A stretch of DNA of 63,467 bases, filler included. It is 6 parts of 6 records of this genome, joined end to end, with 100 filler letters (N's around TTAATTAATTAA, not from the genome) between each part and the next. Parts side by side here need not be neighbours in the genome. Positions count along the whole stretch, not along the records: positions 34,756 to 51,035 come from SRR31156797_8803; positions 51,136 to 58,326 come from SRR31156797_8811; 4 more parts are not named here. One strand, written 5' to 3'. Of the stretch, positions 47,053 to 57,756 are shown one piece after another; positions within the stretch are counted from its first letter, which is position 1; the number at the start of each line of letters is the position of its first letter. Made by a program: the position numbers and the translations under genes. The notes below the pieces were generated by a model, which worked only from the letters and a program-made list of their open reading frames with translations, was not told the origin of the DNA and ran no database searches.

Positions 47053-48093
47053 TTATCTTACGCTAATATATGGTTCGTTATCATCTTTTCTTTCCATTAA
47101 TTTACCAATTGGATTCAAGTTGAATCCTTCTGATTTTGCCAGTTCTACAAAGTCTGAAATGTTATCATCGTTTACAGCTACCAATAGTCCGCCACTCGTT
47201 TGAGGATCGCAAAGCAGAGCTTTCTGATCTTCGGTAATTTCTCCGACTAAATGACCATAAGAAGCCCAATTACGTCTTGTTCCTCCAGGTGTACTTCCTT
47301 TCTGAATTAATTCTTCAACACCATCGATTTTTGGAACAGCATTGTAATCGATTATTGCATTTACATTACTTCCTTCGCAAATTTCACTTAGGTGACCCAA
47401 AAGTCCGAAACCAGTAACATCGGTCATCGATTTGATGTATTCCTGCTCTCCGAAAACCACACCAACTTTATTTAAACTACACATTAAATCAACAGCAATT
47501 TGATTGTTTTCGTGGGCAATTAATTTCTTTTTTTCGGCAGTTGTAAGAACGCCAATCCCCAGCGGTTTAGTTAAGAAAAGAGTGCAGTTCGGACTTGCTG
47601 TATTGTTTTTCTTTACACGATCGGTTGCAACAATCCCATTTACCGATAATCCAAATACTGGATCACCAATATCGATTGAATGACCACCTGCCAATTGAAT
47701 GTCTGCATTGGCACAAACATCTCTTGCACCTTCAATTACTTTTTGAGCAATATCAGTTGATAATTTATCCAAAGGCCAGGCTAAAATAGCCAATGCCATA
47801 ATCGGTTTTCCACCCATTGCATAAATATCACTAATGGCATTTGTGGCTGCAATTCGACCAAAATCATACGGATCATCAACAATAGGAGTAAAGAAATCGG
47901 TAGTGCTAATTAAAGCCTGTCCGTTACCTAAGTCGAATACCGCGGCATCGTCTTTTGTGTCGTTTCCAACCAATAGGTTCGGATTCGGGATTCTTGGCGT
48001 ACTGCTTTTTAGTATACATTCTAAATCTTTTGGTGAGATTTTACAGCCACATCCGGCTCCCGGACTAAATTGAGTCAGTTTCTTAGTTTCCAT
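47053..48093 (-). CDS. selD: Selenide, water dikinase (Cys form)
   Basis: [37 protein letters not shown]. Confidence 0.96.
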   Translation of the reverse strand: METKKLTQFSPGAGCGCKISPKDLECILKSSTPRIPNPNLLVGNDTKDDAAVFDLGNGQALISTTDFFTPIVDDPYDFGRIAATNAISDIYAMGGKPIMALAILAWPLDKLSTDIAQKVIEGARDVCANADIQLAGGHSIDIGDPVFGLSVNGIVATDRVKKNNTASPNCTLFLTKPLGIGVLTTAEKKKLIAHENNQIAVDLMCSLNKVGVVFGEQEYIKSMTDVTGFGLLGHLSEICEGSNVNAIIDYNAVPKIDGVEELIQKGSTPGGTRRNWASYGHLVGEITEDQKALLCDPQTSGGLLVAVNDDNISDFVELAKSEGFNLNPIGKLMERKDDNEPYISVR

Positions 48094-48249
48094 TCTATTA
48101 TCTGATCTGTTAAATTATCCGGCAAAGATATCACTTTTTAGCCTTCGTTGTCACTTGGGTAGCAGTCTAATTTTAACAATATTTATTGTGGAGAGATGAG
48201 TAAAATCTTTTAAATTTGATAATTCAATTTTGAATTAATTGTTATTGAT

Positions 48250-48999
48250 TTGAAAAGACTGTTTAAATTATCGGGTTTATTGCTTGTTGTTACAATGATT
48301 AGTGCATTCTCGTGCACAACACAGAAGAAATATGCAGAAGCATATCCAGAATGTGATGCCTTTACTTGTGTAAATGAAGTGGATACGAATGAGCAATTGG
48401 AATTAAATAAGATTGGCAAACGTAAATTACAGATCTATTTAATACGTCATGCTAAGCCAAATGTAAAAAAGAAACTGTTTTATTCGGCAAAGGAAGCTCA
48501 GCAGTATGTATACGATTACAATTCAGTTCCTGTAATTCCAATTGATAAAAGCCTGGTGAATGTGAACTTAAGATCTGATCATGTAATTTATTGTTCGAAT
48601 CTTCCGAGATCGCAAGAAACTGCTTTAACGATTTTTGGTGACAACTATCCTGTTGTTTCTGATTCCATTTTCCGAGAGTTTGAAATCAAAATCATTAAAG
48701 CGAATAGTATTATTAAGTTGCCATTAGGATTGTGGCAGGCATTTAGCCGAGGTAGCTGGTTGTTAGGATACAACCACAGAGGAATTGAGAGTCGTAAAGA
48801 ATCGAAAATTCGAACGAAACAAGCTACTGAAAATCTAATTAAAGTTGCCGAAAAGGAGGAAACAGCAGTATTAGTAGCTCATGGAATGCTAAATGGAGGA
48901 ATTGCAAAAGAATTGACAGAACAAGGTTGGCAGATCACTCAAAAGAAAGGCCATGTAAACCTTGGAGCTACCATCCTTGTTAAAATTGTTGATTTGTAA
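48250..48999 (+). CDS. Histidine phosphatase-family lipoprotein
   Basis: Lipobox-like AFSC, LIRH, S-L-RS-ETA, FRE, LVAHG. Confidence 0.8.
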   Translation: MKRLFKLSGLLLVVTMISAFSCTTQKKYAEAYPECDAFTCVNEVDTNEQLELNKIGKRKLQIYLIRHAKPNVKKKLFYSAKEAQQYVYDYNSVPVIPIDKSLVNVNLRSDHVIYCSNLPRSQETALTIFGDNYPVVSDSIFREFEIKIIKANSIIKLPLGLWQAFSRGSWLLGYNHRGIESRKESKIRTKQATENLIKVAEKEETAVLVAHGMLNGGIAKELTEQGWQITQKKGHVNLGATILVKIVDL

Positions 49000-49008
49000 T
49001 TTGAAGAA

Positions 49009-49650
49009 TTATTTCTTTCGAATCATCATTAATCCATGACGAATTGGTAGCATTAGATTTTCAACTCTATCGTCTTTTTGTACGTGACTGTTAAATGCAA
49101 GAATTCCTTGAGTTTGTTTGTCGTTTGGATCTACTTTATCAACTACTTTACCATCCCAAAGAACATCATCGGCAAGTATAAAACCACCTTGTTTCAGTTT
49201 TGGAAGTACAGTTTCGAAATACTCAATGTATTGGCGTTTGTCAGCATCAATAAAAACCATATCAAAATTTTCCTTGAGTTTAGGAATGATATCCAATGCC
49301 TCACCTATGTGGAACTCGATTTTATTTTCGCAACCAGATTGTTTAATAAATTTCCTTGTGAAATATTCCAATTCATCATTGCAATCAATGGTATGAATTA
49401 CGCAATCATCTGAAGTTCCCATAGCCATACTAATAGCAGAATAACCAGTATATGTACCAATTTCCAAAATGCGTTTTGGATTCATCATCTGGCAAATCAT
49501 TTTTAAAAATTTGCCTTGTAGATGTCCCGATAGCATTCTTGGACGAAGCATTTTTACATGCGTTTCGCGTGATAAGTCTTTTAGTACTTGTTCTTCGTTT
49601 TCGGTGTGTGTAAGGATATAGTCTTCCAGCTCTTTGTTAATCTCCAGCAT
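49009..49650 (-). CDS. Class I SAM-dependent O-methyltransferase
   Basis: LEIGTYTGYSA, FDMVFIDADK, ADDVLW. Confidence 0.92.
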   Translation of the reverse strand: MLEINKELEDYILTHTENEEQVLKDLSRETHVKMLRPRMLSGHLQGKFLKMICQMMNPKRILEIGTYTGYSAISMAMGTSDDCVIHTIDCNDELEYFTRKFIKQSGCENKIEFHIGEALDIIPKLKENFDMVFIDADKRQYIEYFETVLPKLKQGGFILADDVLWDGKVVDKVDPNDKQTQGILAFNSHVQKDDRVENLMLPIRHGLMMIRKK

Positions 49651-49653
49651 GAC

Positions 49654-50874
49654 TTATTTGTACATCAAAGTGGTTAATTTTTCTTTATCTAAAATCTCGT
49701 TGGCAACTTCCATTAATTGTTCCGCAGTTATCGATTCTACTTTTTGGTAAATTTCTTCAAGAGAATCAACACGATTGTACAGAAGGAAACTTTTGCCAAC
49801 ATTCAGCATCAAATTTTCATTGTTTTCCGATGATATGGCAATTTGACCTATCATCTGATTTTTAGCCTTTGTTAACTGACCTGGTCCTAGTTTTTTTGTG
49901 CAAAGCAAATCCATCTCTTTATGGATGAGATTTAAACATTTATCAAGATAGCCTTTATCGGTTCCAAAATAGATGCTGAATACTCCGGTATCAACATAAG
50001 GGGAATAATTGGCTTCAATATTGTATGCCAACCCGTGCTTCTCGCGAAGTGTTAGGTTCAATCGAGAATTCATTCCTGGTCCGCCTAAGATATTTGTTAG
50101 TAGGGAAAGAGGAATTCTTCTTTCGTCATTGGCATCGTAAGCAACATTGCCAAGCACACAGTGTCTCTGAAAAGTATTTTTCTCTAAAGTAAGGGTTCTA
50201 GGCTTGTATGAGTTTGGCTTGGTTCTTTTGTTGGTGCGAATATTTTTTGGAATGTGACCAAAGAATTTCTCCACCATTTTAACCAGCTTCTTAAAATCGA
50301 TATTTCCTACCGAGCTAATTACCATTTGATCTGTGTGATAATTGTTCTCAATAAAACTTAAAATATCATTTCGCTTAAAAGCTTTAATGTGCTTTGGAGT
50401 TCCTAAAATATTTCGACCAATTGAATCTTTCTTGAAAATTAATTCTTCGAAATCATCAAAAATCAACTCCGACGGAGAATCTTTATAAGAATTGATTTCA
50501 TCAAGAATTACCTCTTTTTCTTTTTCCAGTTCCTTCTCAGGAAAAACAGAATTAAAGGTGATATCGCTAATTAGTTCAAGAGCTCTCTTGTAATCTTTGT
50601 CAAGGAAAGTAGTGTAAACACATGTTTCTTCCTTGGTTGTATAAGCATTCAATTCACCACCAACATCTTCCATTCGGCTCAAAATATGATATGCCTTACG
50701 CTTAGTTGTTCCTTTGAACACCACATGCTCTATAAAATGAGCAATCCCCCATTCTTCTTCTTTCTCATCTCGGGAACCGGTATTCAAAATAATTCCGCAG
50801 TGTGCAACAGTAGCATTCACCGGACGATGAATCAGGCGGATACCATTTGATAATGTGTGAGTTTCGAATACCAT
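49654..50874 (-). CDS. M16 (pitrilysin)-family zinc peptidase
   Basis: HFIEH inverted Zn motif, LNAYT, SRL...LREKHGLAY. Confidence 0.94.
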   Translation of the reverse strand: MVFETHTLSNGIRLIHRPVNATVAHCGIILNTGSRDEKEEEWGIAHFIEHVVFKGTTKRKAYHILSRMEDVGGELNAYTTKEETCVYTTFLDKDYKRALELISDITFNSVFPEKELEKEKEVILDEINSYKDSPSELIFDDFEELIFKKDSIGRNILGTPKHIKAFKRNDILSFIENNYHTDQMVISSVGNIDFKKLVKMVEKFFGHIPKNIRTNKRTKPNSYKPRTLTLEKNTFQRHCVLGNVAYDANDERRIPLSLLTNILGGPGMNSRLNLTLREKHGLAYNIEANYSPYVDTGVFSIYFGTDKGYLDKCLNLIHKEMDLLCTKKLGPGQLTKAKNQMIGQIAISSENNENLMLNVGKSFLLYNRVDSLEEIYQKVESITAEQLMEVANEILDKEKLTTLMYK

Positions 50875-50952
50875 ATACTTTTTTATTAGGCTGCAAAGGT
50901 AACAAGAAGTTTATAATCCGATTAAAAAACCTATCTAATTTTCTTGATTTTA

Positions 50953-50983
50953 TTTGGAGGTGTAAATTTTTTACGTACTTTTG
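50953..50983 (+). promoter_or_regulatory. Bacteroidetes housekeeping promoter for the tRNA
   Basis: TTTG-N19-TACTTTTG (-33/-7 consensus); a divergent TACCTTTG at 50894-50901 serves the peptidase. Confidence 0.75.
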
Positions 50984-51001
50984 CATCGCTCAAGTAAAGA
51001 G

Positions 51002-51035
51002 GGTGCCATAGCTCAGTTGGTAGAGCAATGGACTG
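51002..51035 (+). tRNA. tRNA-Phe(GAA), 5' half, truncated at the contig end
   Basis: GGTGCCATAGCTCAGTTGGTAGAGCAATGGACTG: acceptor 5' strand, D-arm and anticodon stem up to the first anticodon base G; identity inferred from the typical Phe sequence. Confidence 0.85.
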
Positions 51036-51135
51036 NNNNNNNNNNNNNNNNNNNNNNNNNNNNNNNNNNNNNNNNNNNNTTAATTAATTAANNNNNNNNN
51101 NNNNNNNNNNNNNNNNNNNNNNNNNNNNNNNNNNN
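51036..51135. other. Artificial contig spacer
   Basis: 100-nt N run with TTAATTAATTAA. Confidence 0.98.
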
Positions 51136-51383
51136 ATCAGGCCGAGTTTCATCTTGACTCCAATGGATTTGTATTTTTCCTCTTCTATCAGGTGCCGGAG
51201 GTTCTCCACTTTTTCAACGTCATCCATGGTATACTGGCGACGGTTGGTTTCGGTTCGCTGCGGATGGAGATAGGAGCTGAATTCCTTTTCCCAGTAGCGC
51301 AAAGTGGTTTTCTTTACCCCGGTTATTTTGGACACCTGGTCTATGTTTAACATAACTTTTTGCAATACGTCATTATTCTTCAT
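51136..51383 (-). CDS. MerR-family HTH regulator (3' truncated)
   Basis: IDQVSKITGV...TLRYWEKEF...P-R...RRQY; AGGAG RBS. Confidence 0.88.
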
Positions 51384-51451
51384 GAACCTTCTCCTGACTG
51401 ATCGGCGTCCGGGACTTCAGCCCGAGAGGCGATAAAAAGGTCTTTTTACAC

Positions 51452-51593
51452 CTATCGGCCGGGTGGAGTTAAAAGTTAAATAAATTTTTAATTAAACCGT
51501 AGTAAAACGAAAAACAGCTAAAGGTGCATAGATCATTTCTCCTGTTTTTATTTATCTTGTTAAAGTTATCGGCTAGACAGCCTGGAATCTTTA
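51452..51593 (-). promoter_or_regulatory. Two sigma28 (FliA)-like promoters
   Basis: Minus strand TAAA-N16-GCCGATAA (51566-51593) and TAAC-N15-GCCGATAG (51452-51478). Confidence 0.6.
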
Positions 51594-51723
51594 ACAGTTT
51601 CTTTGTATAAATGTATAAAAAAGTGCGACAGGCGTGTAACGCCGCTTGATTGGCCGCTGTCCGCGGCGCCAGGCTTCAAGTTATGGACTGAAAAATCAGC
51701 AAGCTGCATATAGGAGGTAGAGG

Positions 51724-52002
51724 TTGCAGACAACCTGTGATAAATGCGGTCGGGCCTTCGAACCGGGAGATTTGAAATACAAGGTCAGAATAGAGTTGAT
51801 TTCTATGTATGACGGCTATGTGGAAGAGCCCGAAGGAGACGTGGACGAAGAACTGGAAAGACTGATTCACGTGCTGTCGGCTCAGGATCCTCGAGAAGCG
51901 GCCCGTGACGTGGCTCAGACCATTATGCTGGTAATGTGCCGGGAATGCAGAAACAAACTCGTCCGTGAATATCAGGAGCAGGATGCCAGAGTCTTTCATT
52001 AA
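51724..52002 (+). CDS. Small putative zinc-binding protein
   Basis: CDKC...CREC; AGGAGG RBS, TTG start. Confidence 0.75.
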   Translation: MQTTCDKCGRAFEPGDLKYKVRIELISMYDGYVEEPEGDVDEELERLIHVLSAQDPREAARDVAQTIMLVMCRECRNKLVREYQEQDARVFH

Positions 52003-52026
52003 AACCTGAAAAGGGTCCCGCTCCTG

Positions 52027-54531
52027 CTAAAAATTAATATTGTTGTTATCAACTTTTCGCAAAGGCGCCGACAAATCCGGCCCGACTGCCTTTCCCGCAA
52101 AGAGAAGTCTGTACTGGTACATGTGCCCCAATATCTTTTTTACATATAACCTTGTCTGGTCAAAAGGAATTCTTTCAATAAACTCTTCAAGCGAGCATTC
52201 CTCGGACTGTTTGGCCCAGCGCTTAACATTGAAAGGCCCGCCGTTATATGAAGCTATGGCCAAGGGAAGCTGCCCTTCAAATTCCTTTATCAGGGCGGCC
52301 AGGTACCAGGCGCCGAATCGGATGTTTGTTTCAGGGTCGAAAAGAGCTTCCGGGTGAGGTTCGGCCTGGCCAATCCTGGATGCTATTTTCTTGCCAGTGG
52401 ACGGCAGTATTTGCATGAGGCCGTGGGCGTTGGCAACGGAAATAATGTGAGGATCGTAATAGGATTCCGTCCTGATTACAGCCATCAACAAGGCGGGATG
52501 AAGATGGAATTCCCTGGCGGCCTTTAAAACCTGGCTCGGATAAGCCAGGGGATAAAACCTCCGCCTGGCCAGCAGTCTGTCAGCTTCGCTTTTGCCTTTA
52601 ACCAGGAGGCTGAAATGCTTGTATTGAAGACGGACAAATCCTTTATAGTCCCCGGTTTCCGCCATGTACGCGCTGCTGAAGGCGAAAACGCGCAGTTTTA
52701 ACCCGGGGTTGTTTGCAGTTCTCTTTAGAATTCTCCTTAAATAATCAGCTTCCATGTGCGCCAGGTCAAGGACGCCTGAGGCGGCCAGATCCTTCAGCCT
52801 GATAGTTGCTTTATATGCCGCGGTTTTAGCCGATCCGGCAGGCTTGAGGTTTATTAATCGTTTTCGTTCCGTCCACAGATCCCCGATTGAAAGGCCCGGG
52901 TCGCTGTTGGCCCAGGCCGGAGTTCCCACGGCCTCTATCTTATGCAGTCTTAAAGGTAGGGCAGAATAATCCTGATCAGGATATTTGGGCGCCAGCAAGG
53001 CGTAAAAGGCAGGCAGGTCCTCCCAGTGGTCCTGGTTCTTTATCCACCCCAGCCTTTGTTCCGAGCGCATTCGGTAATAATAATCCCTTTTGCTTGCCGC
53101 CAATTTTTTGTAATACACATTGGCCTGGGCCTTTTTCCCCTGCTGCTCCAGGGACCTGCCCAGCCAGTATGAGGATGCGGTTTTTAGTTTGCTGCCGGAA
53201 AGCTCTTCCACGATTTCCCTGAAATCGGCTTCGGCCTTTCCCCACTCCTTACGGCCATAGTGATAGAAAGCCGTATGCCACAGCATGTCATCCTTGAAAC
53301 TGCCTTCACGGTATCTCTTGTGGACGGCCTCCCAGCATTCCATGGCTTTTTCATGCTTGCCAAGCCGTAAATACATAAGGCCCGCATCCAGGCGGGCCTG
53401 CTCAGCTTTTTTCCCGGATCCATAGGCTTTGGCCGCTGCCAAATAGGCATCCGCGGCCTTTTGCCACTGGCCGGTTCTCCTGAGACTCCGGGCATACATT
53501 CTGATGCCGGATGCGCTCCTGGCGCCCTGGTAGCAAGCCGCGGCCTTTTGATTCTGCCCGGAAAAATATAACAGCAGGGCCTTTTCGGAAGACAGCCTGT
53601 TTTTTAATACATCACTGCAGCCCGCGGCCCTAAGTTTTTCAATCATGACCAGGGATTCATCAAGCCTCCATTCACGGCGCAGCAGCCTGACCAGGTCGTA
53701 CTTGTCTGCTTCCCTACCGGGCTTGTCTGTTGATTTTAATAGAAATTCCTTGTATTTGAAGGCTGCTTCCGCCCTGACTTCCCTGGTGCGGGAATTATTC
53801 ATGGCCTGGCGATAATTTTCCTTGGCCAATTCCATTTGGCCGAGTCCTTCATGCATCCGGGCCATGACCAATCGCACACTGGCGCTCGGTCCTGTTTTCA
53901 AAAGCTTTCGGCACTCATTCAGGGCCGCTGTTTTATCGCCTTTGTAATATAGAGCCTCGGCCCTGGTCAGGCGGGCCTTGTTTACAAAAGCTCCGCCCGG
54001 CTGCATTTTTATATATCTGTCAAGTAGCGATCGAGCCCGGTCGTATTCGCCAGCCGTAAAAAAGGCCCGGCCCCGGTAATAAGTTCCATAGCATTCCAGC
54101 GATGCAGGTATTGAGCCTTGCCTGCTCATGTATTTTTCAACCTTATCCGAATTGCCGAGCTTGTATGCGGTTACACCGCTTAGAAAGTTAACCTGTTTTC
54201 TTCGGCTTCCGGAAAGTTTGATTTCAGATATCTTTTCCAATAGGACCAGTGTTTCCGTATAGTGCCCTCGCACATAAAGCCGGACCGCGCGGTCAAAATC
54301 GGCTTCCGTAACCGGAGGCGTTTTAGGGACTGTTTTGACTTTAACCTCGGCGGGCTGTGCTTTGGAGGCTTCCTGCCCGGCTTCAGGCTGTTCGCCTTTT
54401 TTCACAGAGCTTTGTTGTCCCGATTGGCAGGATGAAAGGAAAAAGATTGCTGATAGAAGAAATATGGTTACATGGGCGAATTTCGATAGGACCGCTATAC
54501 GGTTGATGCTGGAATTTTCTACTTTGTTCAT
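52027..54531 (-). CDS. Soluble lytic transglycosylase (Slt70-like) lipoprotein with TPR repeats
   Basis: Lipobox LSSC; RTES, GLMQI, ASYNGG, T-R-LYV motifs. Confidence 0.92.
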   Translation of the reverse strand: MNKVENSSINRIAVLSKFAHVTIFLLSAIFFLSSCQSGQQSSVKKGEQPEAGQEASKAQPAEVKVKTVPKTPPVTEADFDRAVRLYVRGHYTETLVLLEKISEIKLSGSRRKQVNFLSGVTAYKLGNSDKVEKYMSRQGSIPASLECYGTYYRGRAFFTAGEYDRARSLLDRYIKMQPGGAFVNKARLTRAEALYYKGDKTAALNECRKLLKTGPSASVRLVMARMHEGLGQMELAKENYRQAMNNSRTREVRAEAAFKYKEFLLKSTDKPGREADKYDLVRLLRREWRLDESLVMIEKLRAAGCSDVLKNRLSSEKALLLYFSGQNQKAAACYQGARSASGIRMYARSLRRTGQWQKAADAYLAAAKAYGSGKKAEQARLDAGLMYLRLGKHEKAMECWEAVHKRYREGSFKDDMLWHTAFYHYGRKEWGKAEADFREIVEELSGSKLKTASSYWLGRSLEQQGKKAQANVYYKKLAASKRDYYYRMRSEQRLGWIKNQDHWEDLPAFYALLAPKYPDQDYSALPLRLHKIEAVGTPAWANSDPGLSIGDLWTERKRLINLKPAGSAKTAAYKATIRLKDLAASGVLDLAHMEADYLRRILKRTANNPGLKLRVFAFSSAYMAETGDYKGFVRLQYKHFSLLVKGKSEADRLLARRRFYPLAYPSQVLKAAREFHLHPALLMAVIRTESYYDPHIISVANAHGLMQILPSTGKKIASRIGQAEPHPEALFDPETNIRFGAWYLAALIKEFEGQLPLAIASYNGGPFNVKRWAKQSEECSLEEFIERIPFDQTRLYVKKILGHMYQYRLLFAGKAVGPDLSAPLRKVDNNNINF

Positions 54532-54868
54532 GTTACGTTATTATATATCAACAGCGGGGCGGTTGTCAATGTAACCATTCAATTCAATAAGGTATTTTCT
54601 CATATTCAATCATATGCCCGCCAGCCGGGAAGGCGCGGCGGGCATTAATGGATTGAGATAATATTCGGATAATCCCTTAGGGAAAAAACGCAAAAATTTC
54701 CTTTGTAATTGCCTTCACTCGGCAATACGCCTTGGTCGGTTTTTAGAGCCCGACAGGTTATCGCTCGACATTTATCCGTTGTGGCGGAAAAAGATTAGGA
54801 AAAACAAACATTTATGAACAGGCAATAGTAAGAGGCAGCCGGAATCAGACGCCTGGACGAGTTTCGAA

Positions 54869-55324
54869 TCAACCATAAGAAGGAGTCGCGGCTTGGGTTC
54901 GGGATCTCAGATGATCTTCATAACTGTTCACCAGTCTTTGGCCGATTACGCCGGATAAACGCTTCATAACCAGGTATGCTTCCTTGGGAAACCGTTCAAA
55001 TACATGTTCAAGACTTGTCGCTTCGATTCTTAAAATCGTGCTTTCTTCGTAGCAACGGGCCGATGCGGTGTACACATTCGGTTCGACCAGAGCGCTCCAG
55101 CCGAAGACTTCTCCGGGATCGTCCACGGTGAAATTGATGGAGCCTCCCTCTTCAATGAAGAGAGTTACATGTCCATCAACCATGATGTAAAGATTTTCCG
55201 CAGAATCTCCCCGGTTAAAAATGACCTGGTCGGAAGAGTAGGATTCTTCAATGGCCATCTTCGCTATTTCATTCATGAAACCAGGGTCAAGCTCGTGAAA
55301 GAGTAAAGATTCTTCAATATTCAT
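54869..55324 (-). CDS. Stand-alone cyclic nucleotide-binding (Crp-like) domain protein
   Basis: IFNRGD-A-LY, PGEVFGWSAL, YTASA; no HTH. Confidence 0.88.
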   Translation of the reverse strand: MNIEESLLFHELDPGFMNEIAKMAIEESYSSDQVIFNRGDSAENLYIMVDGHVTLFIEEGGSINFTVDDPGEVFGWSALVEPNVYTASARCYEESTILRIEATSLEHVFERFPKEAYLVMKRLSGVIGQRLVNSYEDHLRSRTQAATPSYG

Positions 55325-55646
55325 AATGCTTTACCTCCTTTGTGCCCCTTGAAAATGTTTCGTGAATGCGATCCCGGCTTTGGGCGGATTTCATGAGATC
55401 CGGGTTGATCCGAAAACATGATGACTTATAGCGACCGGCGCCGGGATGAATAATATAGATATATTTTACACCCCATTTGTGCAAAAGGCTTGATTTGGAA
55501 ATAAGTTTTCCTTAAAGAGGCGCCCGCCAATGGTGAGTTGGAAAAAGAACTACGCTTTTAGCAAGCCCGAGTCGGCGCGGGCGCCTTCCAATTAGGATAA
55601 CGAAATTGGCGCCCGCTCCATGAAGATCCGACTTTATTATTCGGGT

Positions 55647-57443
55647 TTAATCCTCGTACAGGCTGTCGATAATACCTTTGTACTTTTTGGTAATTACTCC
55701 CCGCTTCAACTTGAGGGTCGGAGTGATCTCCCCGGAATCAACGGTGAATTCTTCGGCCAGCAATTTGAAATACTTGATTTTTTGATACCCGGCCAGGTCC
55801 GAACAGGCTTTATCCGTAATATTTTGATAAAAATCATATATTTCCGGTAGGGAAACAAGTTCTTCCCGGCTGGAATAACTGATGTTGTTCTTTTGGGCAT
55901 ATTCTTCAAGAGCAACAAAGTTGGGTACTATCAGAGCCGTTACATATTTTTTCTGGTCGCCTATAATGGAAACCTGCTCCACGTAAAAATTGGAACCCAC
56001 AAGAGTTTCGATCAACTGGGGGGCTATATATTTTCCGCCGGACGTTTTCATCAACTCCTTTATTCTTTCAGTTATCCTCAATTCACCGTTTTCATCGAAT
56101 TCGCCCGCGTCCCCGGTGCGAAAGAAACCGTCTTCGGTAAATACGTCGGCAGTGGCCTGGGGTTTTTTGTAATAACCCTTCATGATATTGCCGCCCCTGA
56201 TTAATATTTCATTGGTTTTGGGCTCGATTTTTATTTCCACCGACGGCATGGGCAGGCCGACTGTGCCGTACTTGTAATTATGGGGTTCGTGGCAGGTTGC
56301 GGTTGCGGTTGTTTCAGTAAGACCATACCCATAGCAAATAAAAACGCCTATGTTTCCAAAAAATTCTTCTATGTTTTGGCTCAGCGGAGCGCCGGCGCAC
56401 GGGAAAAATCTTATTCTGCCGCCGGTTACCTCCCTTATTTTACTGAGCACGAGCTTGTCGGCCGCCTTGTATTTAAACTGCAGCAATCCGGAAACAGGCT
56501 GCCTGTCCTTTTTCAGGGTGTTGTATTGAGCGCCCACATCCACGGCCCAATTGAAAAGCTTTTTCTTGGTCGGGCTGGATCTTTCAAGCTGTTCAAAGAC
56601 TGCGGCATGAATTTTTTCATAAAAACGCGGCACGGCGCACATGACTGTTGGTTTGACTTCCTTTATTATCTCAACAATTTGAGCCGGATTCCTCAAGTAG
56701 TAATTCACCGCCCCCTTGTAATAGATCATGTAGGTCCAACAGCGCTCGAAAACGTGACTTAGAGGTAAAAAGCAGAGGCTGACGTCGTTTTCCCCTACCG
56801 GTAAAAGTCGTTTGTCGTGGGCGTCGGCCTGAAAAAGCATGTTGTAATGGGTCAACATGACGCCTTTTGGCTCCCCGGTCGTGCCGGATGTATAAATGAG
56901 GGTCAAAAGGTCGTCTTTATCGCCCCTGGCTATTCTTTCTTTTACTGCCGACTCCGCGCCGGAGCCTGCGCCGATCTTTAAAAAGTCGCTTAAATACATA
57001 ACCTTGTCCGACTTTTCAATCGGCAGCTTCTCGTTAAAGACGATTACCTTTTGAAGATGCTCGCTTATTTCAAAAAACGACATGACCTTGTCATATTGGT
57101 CCTTGTCCCCAACAAAAACTATTTTGGCTTCGGCGTCATCAAGAATATATTTGGCCTGCCCGGCCGCATCGGTCGCATATACCGGCACTGGAACAGCGCG
57201 ATTGCATAGCGCGGCAAAGTCGGCAATACTCCATTCCGGGCAATTCTGAGAAAATATGCCCACCGTGTCCTGTTCTTTTATGCCGGACTCAAACATGGCC
57301 TTGGCCGCCGTCATGACCTTGTCCCCGAAAGATTTCCATGAAGTTGCGATCCATTGGCCGTCTATTTTGTCGTAATAAGCCGGCCGGTTTCCGTATTTAT
57401 CAACCTGCCGCCAGAAAACCTGAGTGTAATGTTTATAATCCAT
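55647..57443 (-). CDS. Long-chain fatty acid-CoA ligase (AMP-dependent synthetase)
   Basis: YTSGTTGEPKG, FLPLSH, GYGLTET, FRTGD, PTLKLKR; GAGG RBS before ATG 57443. Confidence 0.94.
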   Translation of the reverse strand: MDYKHYTQVFWRQVDKYGNRPAYYDKIDGQWIATSWKSFGDKVMTAAKAMFESGIKEQDTVGIFSQNCPEWSIADFAALCNRAVPVPVYATDAAGQAKYILDDAEAKIVFVGDKDQYDKVMSFFEISEHLQKVIVFNEKLPIEKSDKVMYLSDFLKIGAGSGAESAVKERIARGDKDDLLTLIYTSGTTGEPKGVMLTHYNMLFQADAHDKRLLPVGENDVSLCFLPLSHVFERCWTYMIYYKGAVNYYLRNPAQIVEIIKEVKPTVMCAVPRFYEKIHAAVFEQLERSSPTKKKLFNWAVDVGAQYNTLKKDRQPVSGLLQFKYKAADKLVLSKIREVTGGRIRFFPCAGAPLSQNIEEFFGNIGVFICYGYGLTETTATATCHEPHNYKYGTVGLPMPSVEIKIEPKTNEILIRGGNIMKGYYKKPQATADVFTEDGFFRTGDAGEFDENGELRITERIKELMKTSGGKYIAPQLIETLVGSNFYVEQVSIIGDQKKYVTALIVPNFVALEEYAQKNNISYSSREELVSLPEIYDFYQNITDKACSDLAGYQKIKYFKLLAEEFTVDSGEITPTLKLKRGVITKKYKGIIDSLYED

Positions 57444-57756
57444 CTGATTCCTCAACCTAGAACTAATTTTTGCTTCAAACTTTTTTCATGCCCGGTTATG
57501 GCGCCCGAGCCTGATTTCATCTAAATCATTCTAAATAATACTACCCGGCCGCTTAATCTTCCACACCTTTTGAGACGATTGGGAAAAAAATCACATAAAT
57601 ATTCCGGTAAATGTGACTGGCGACGTCTCCGCGACTTTTTGACATCACGCTAATGGAACTGTTAATATGATCAAAATGATCAAAAATATGTTTTGCTCTA
57701 AAAGCGACCGGGGTCGGTAAGCCATGCCAAAGGACTGGTTAAGCAGGTGATATAAA

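Noticed and set aside
48050-48055. SelD itself as a selenoprotein
   Set aside because: The active-site motif reads CGCK with Cys codons and no in-frame TGA.
15939-48093. Functional link between Sec-containing fdhA and selD
   Set aside because: Different contigs from different phyla.
57591-57616. TCACAT...ATGTGA dyad as a CRP/FNR site
   Set aside because: Half-site order and spacing do not fit TGTGA-N6-TCACA.
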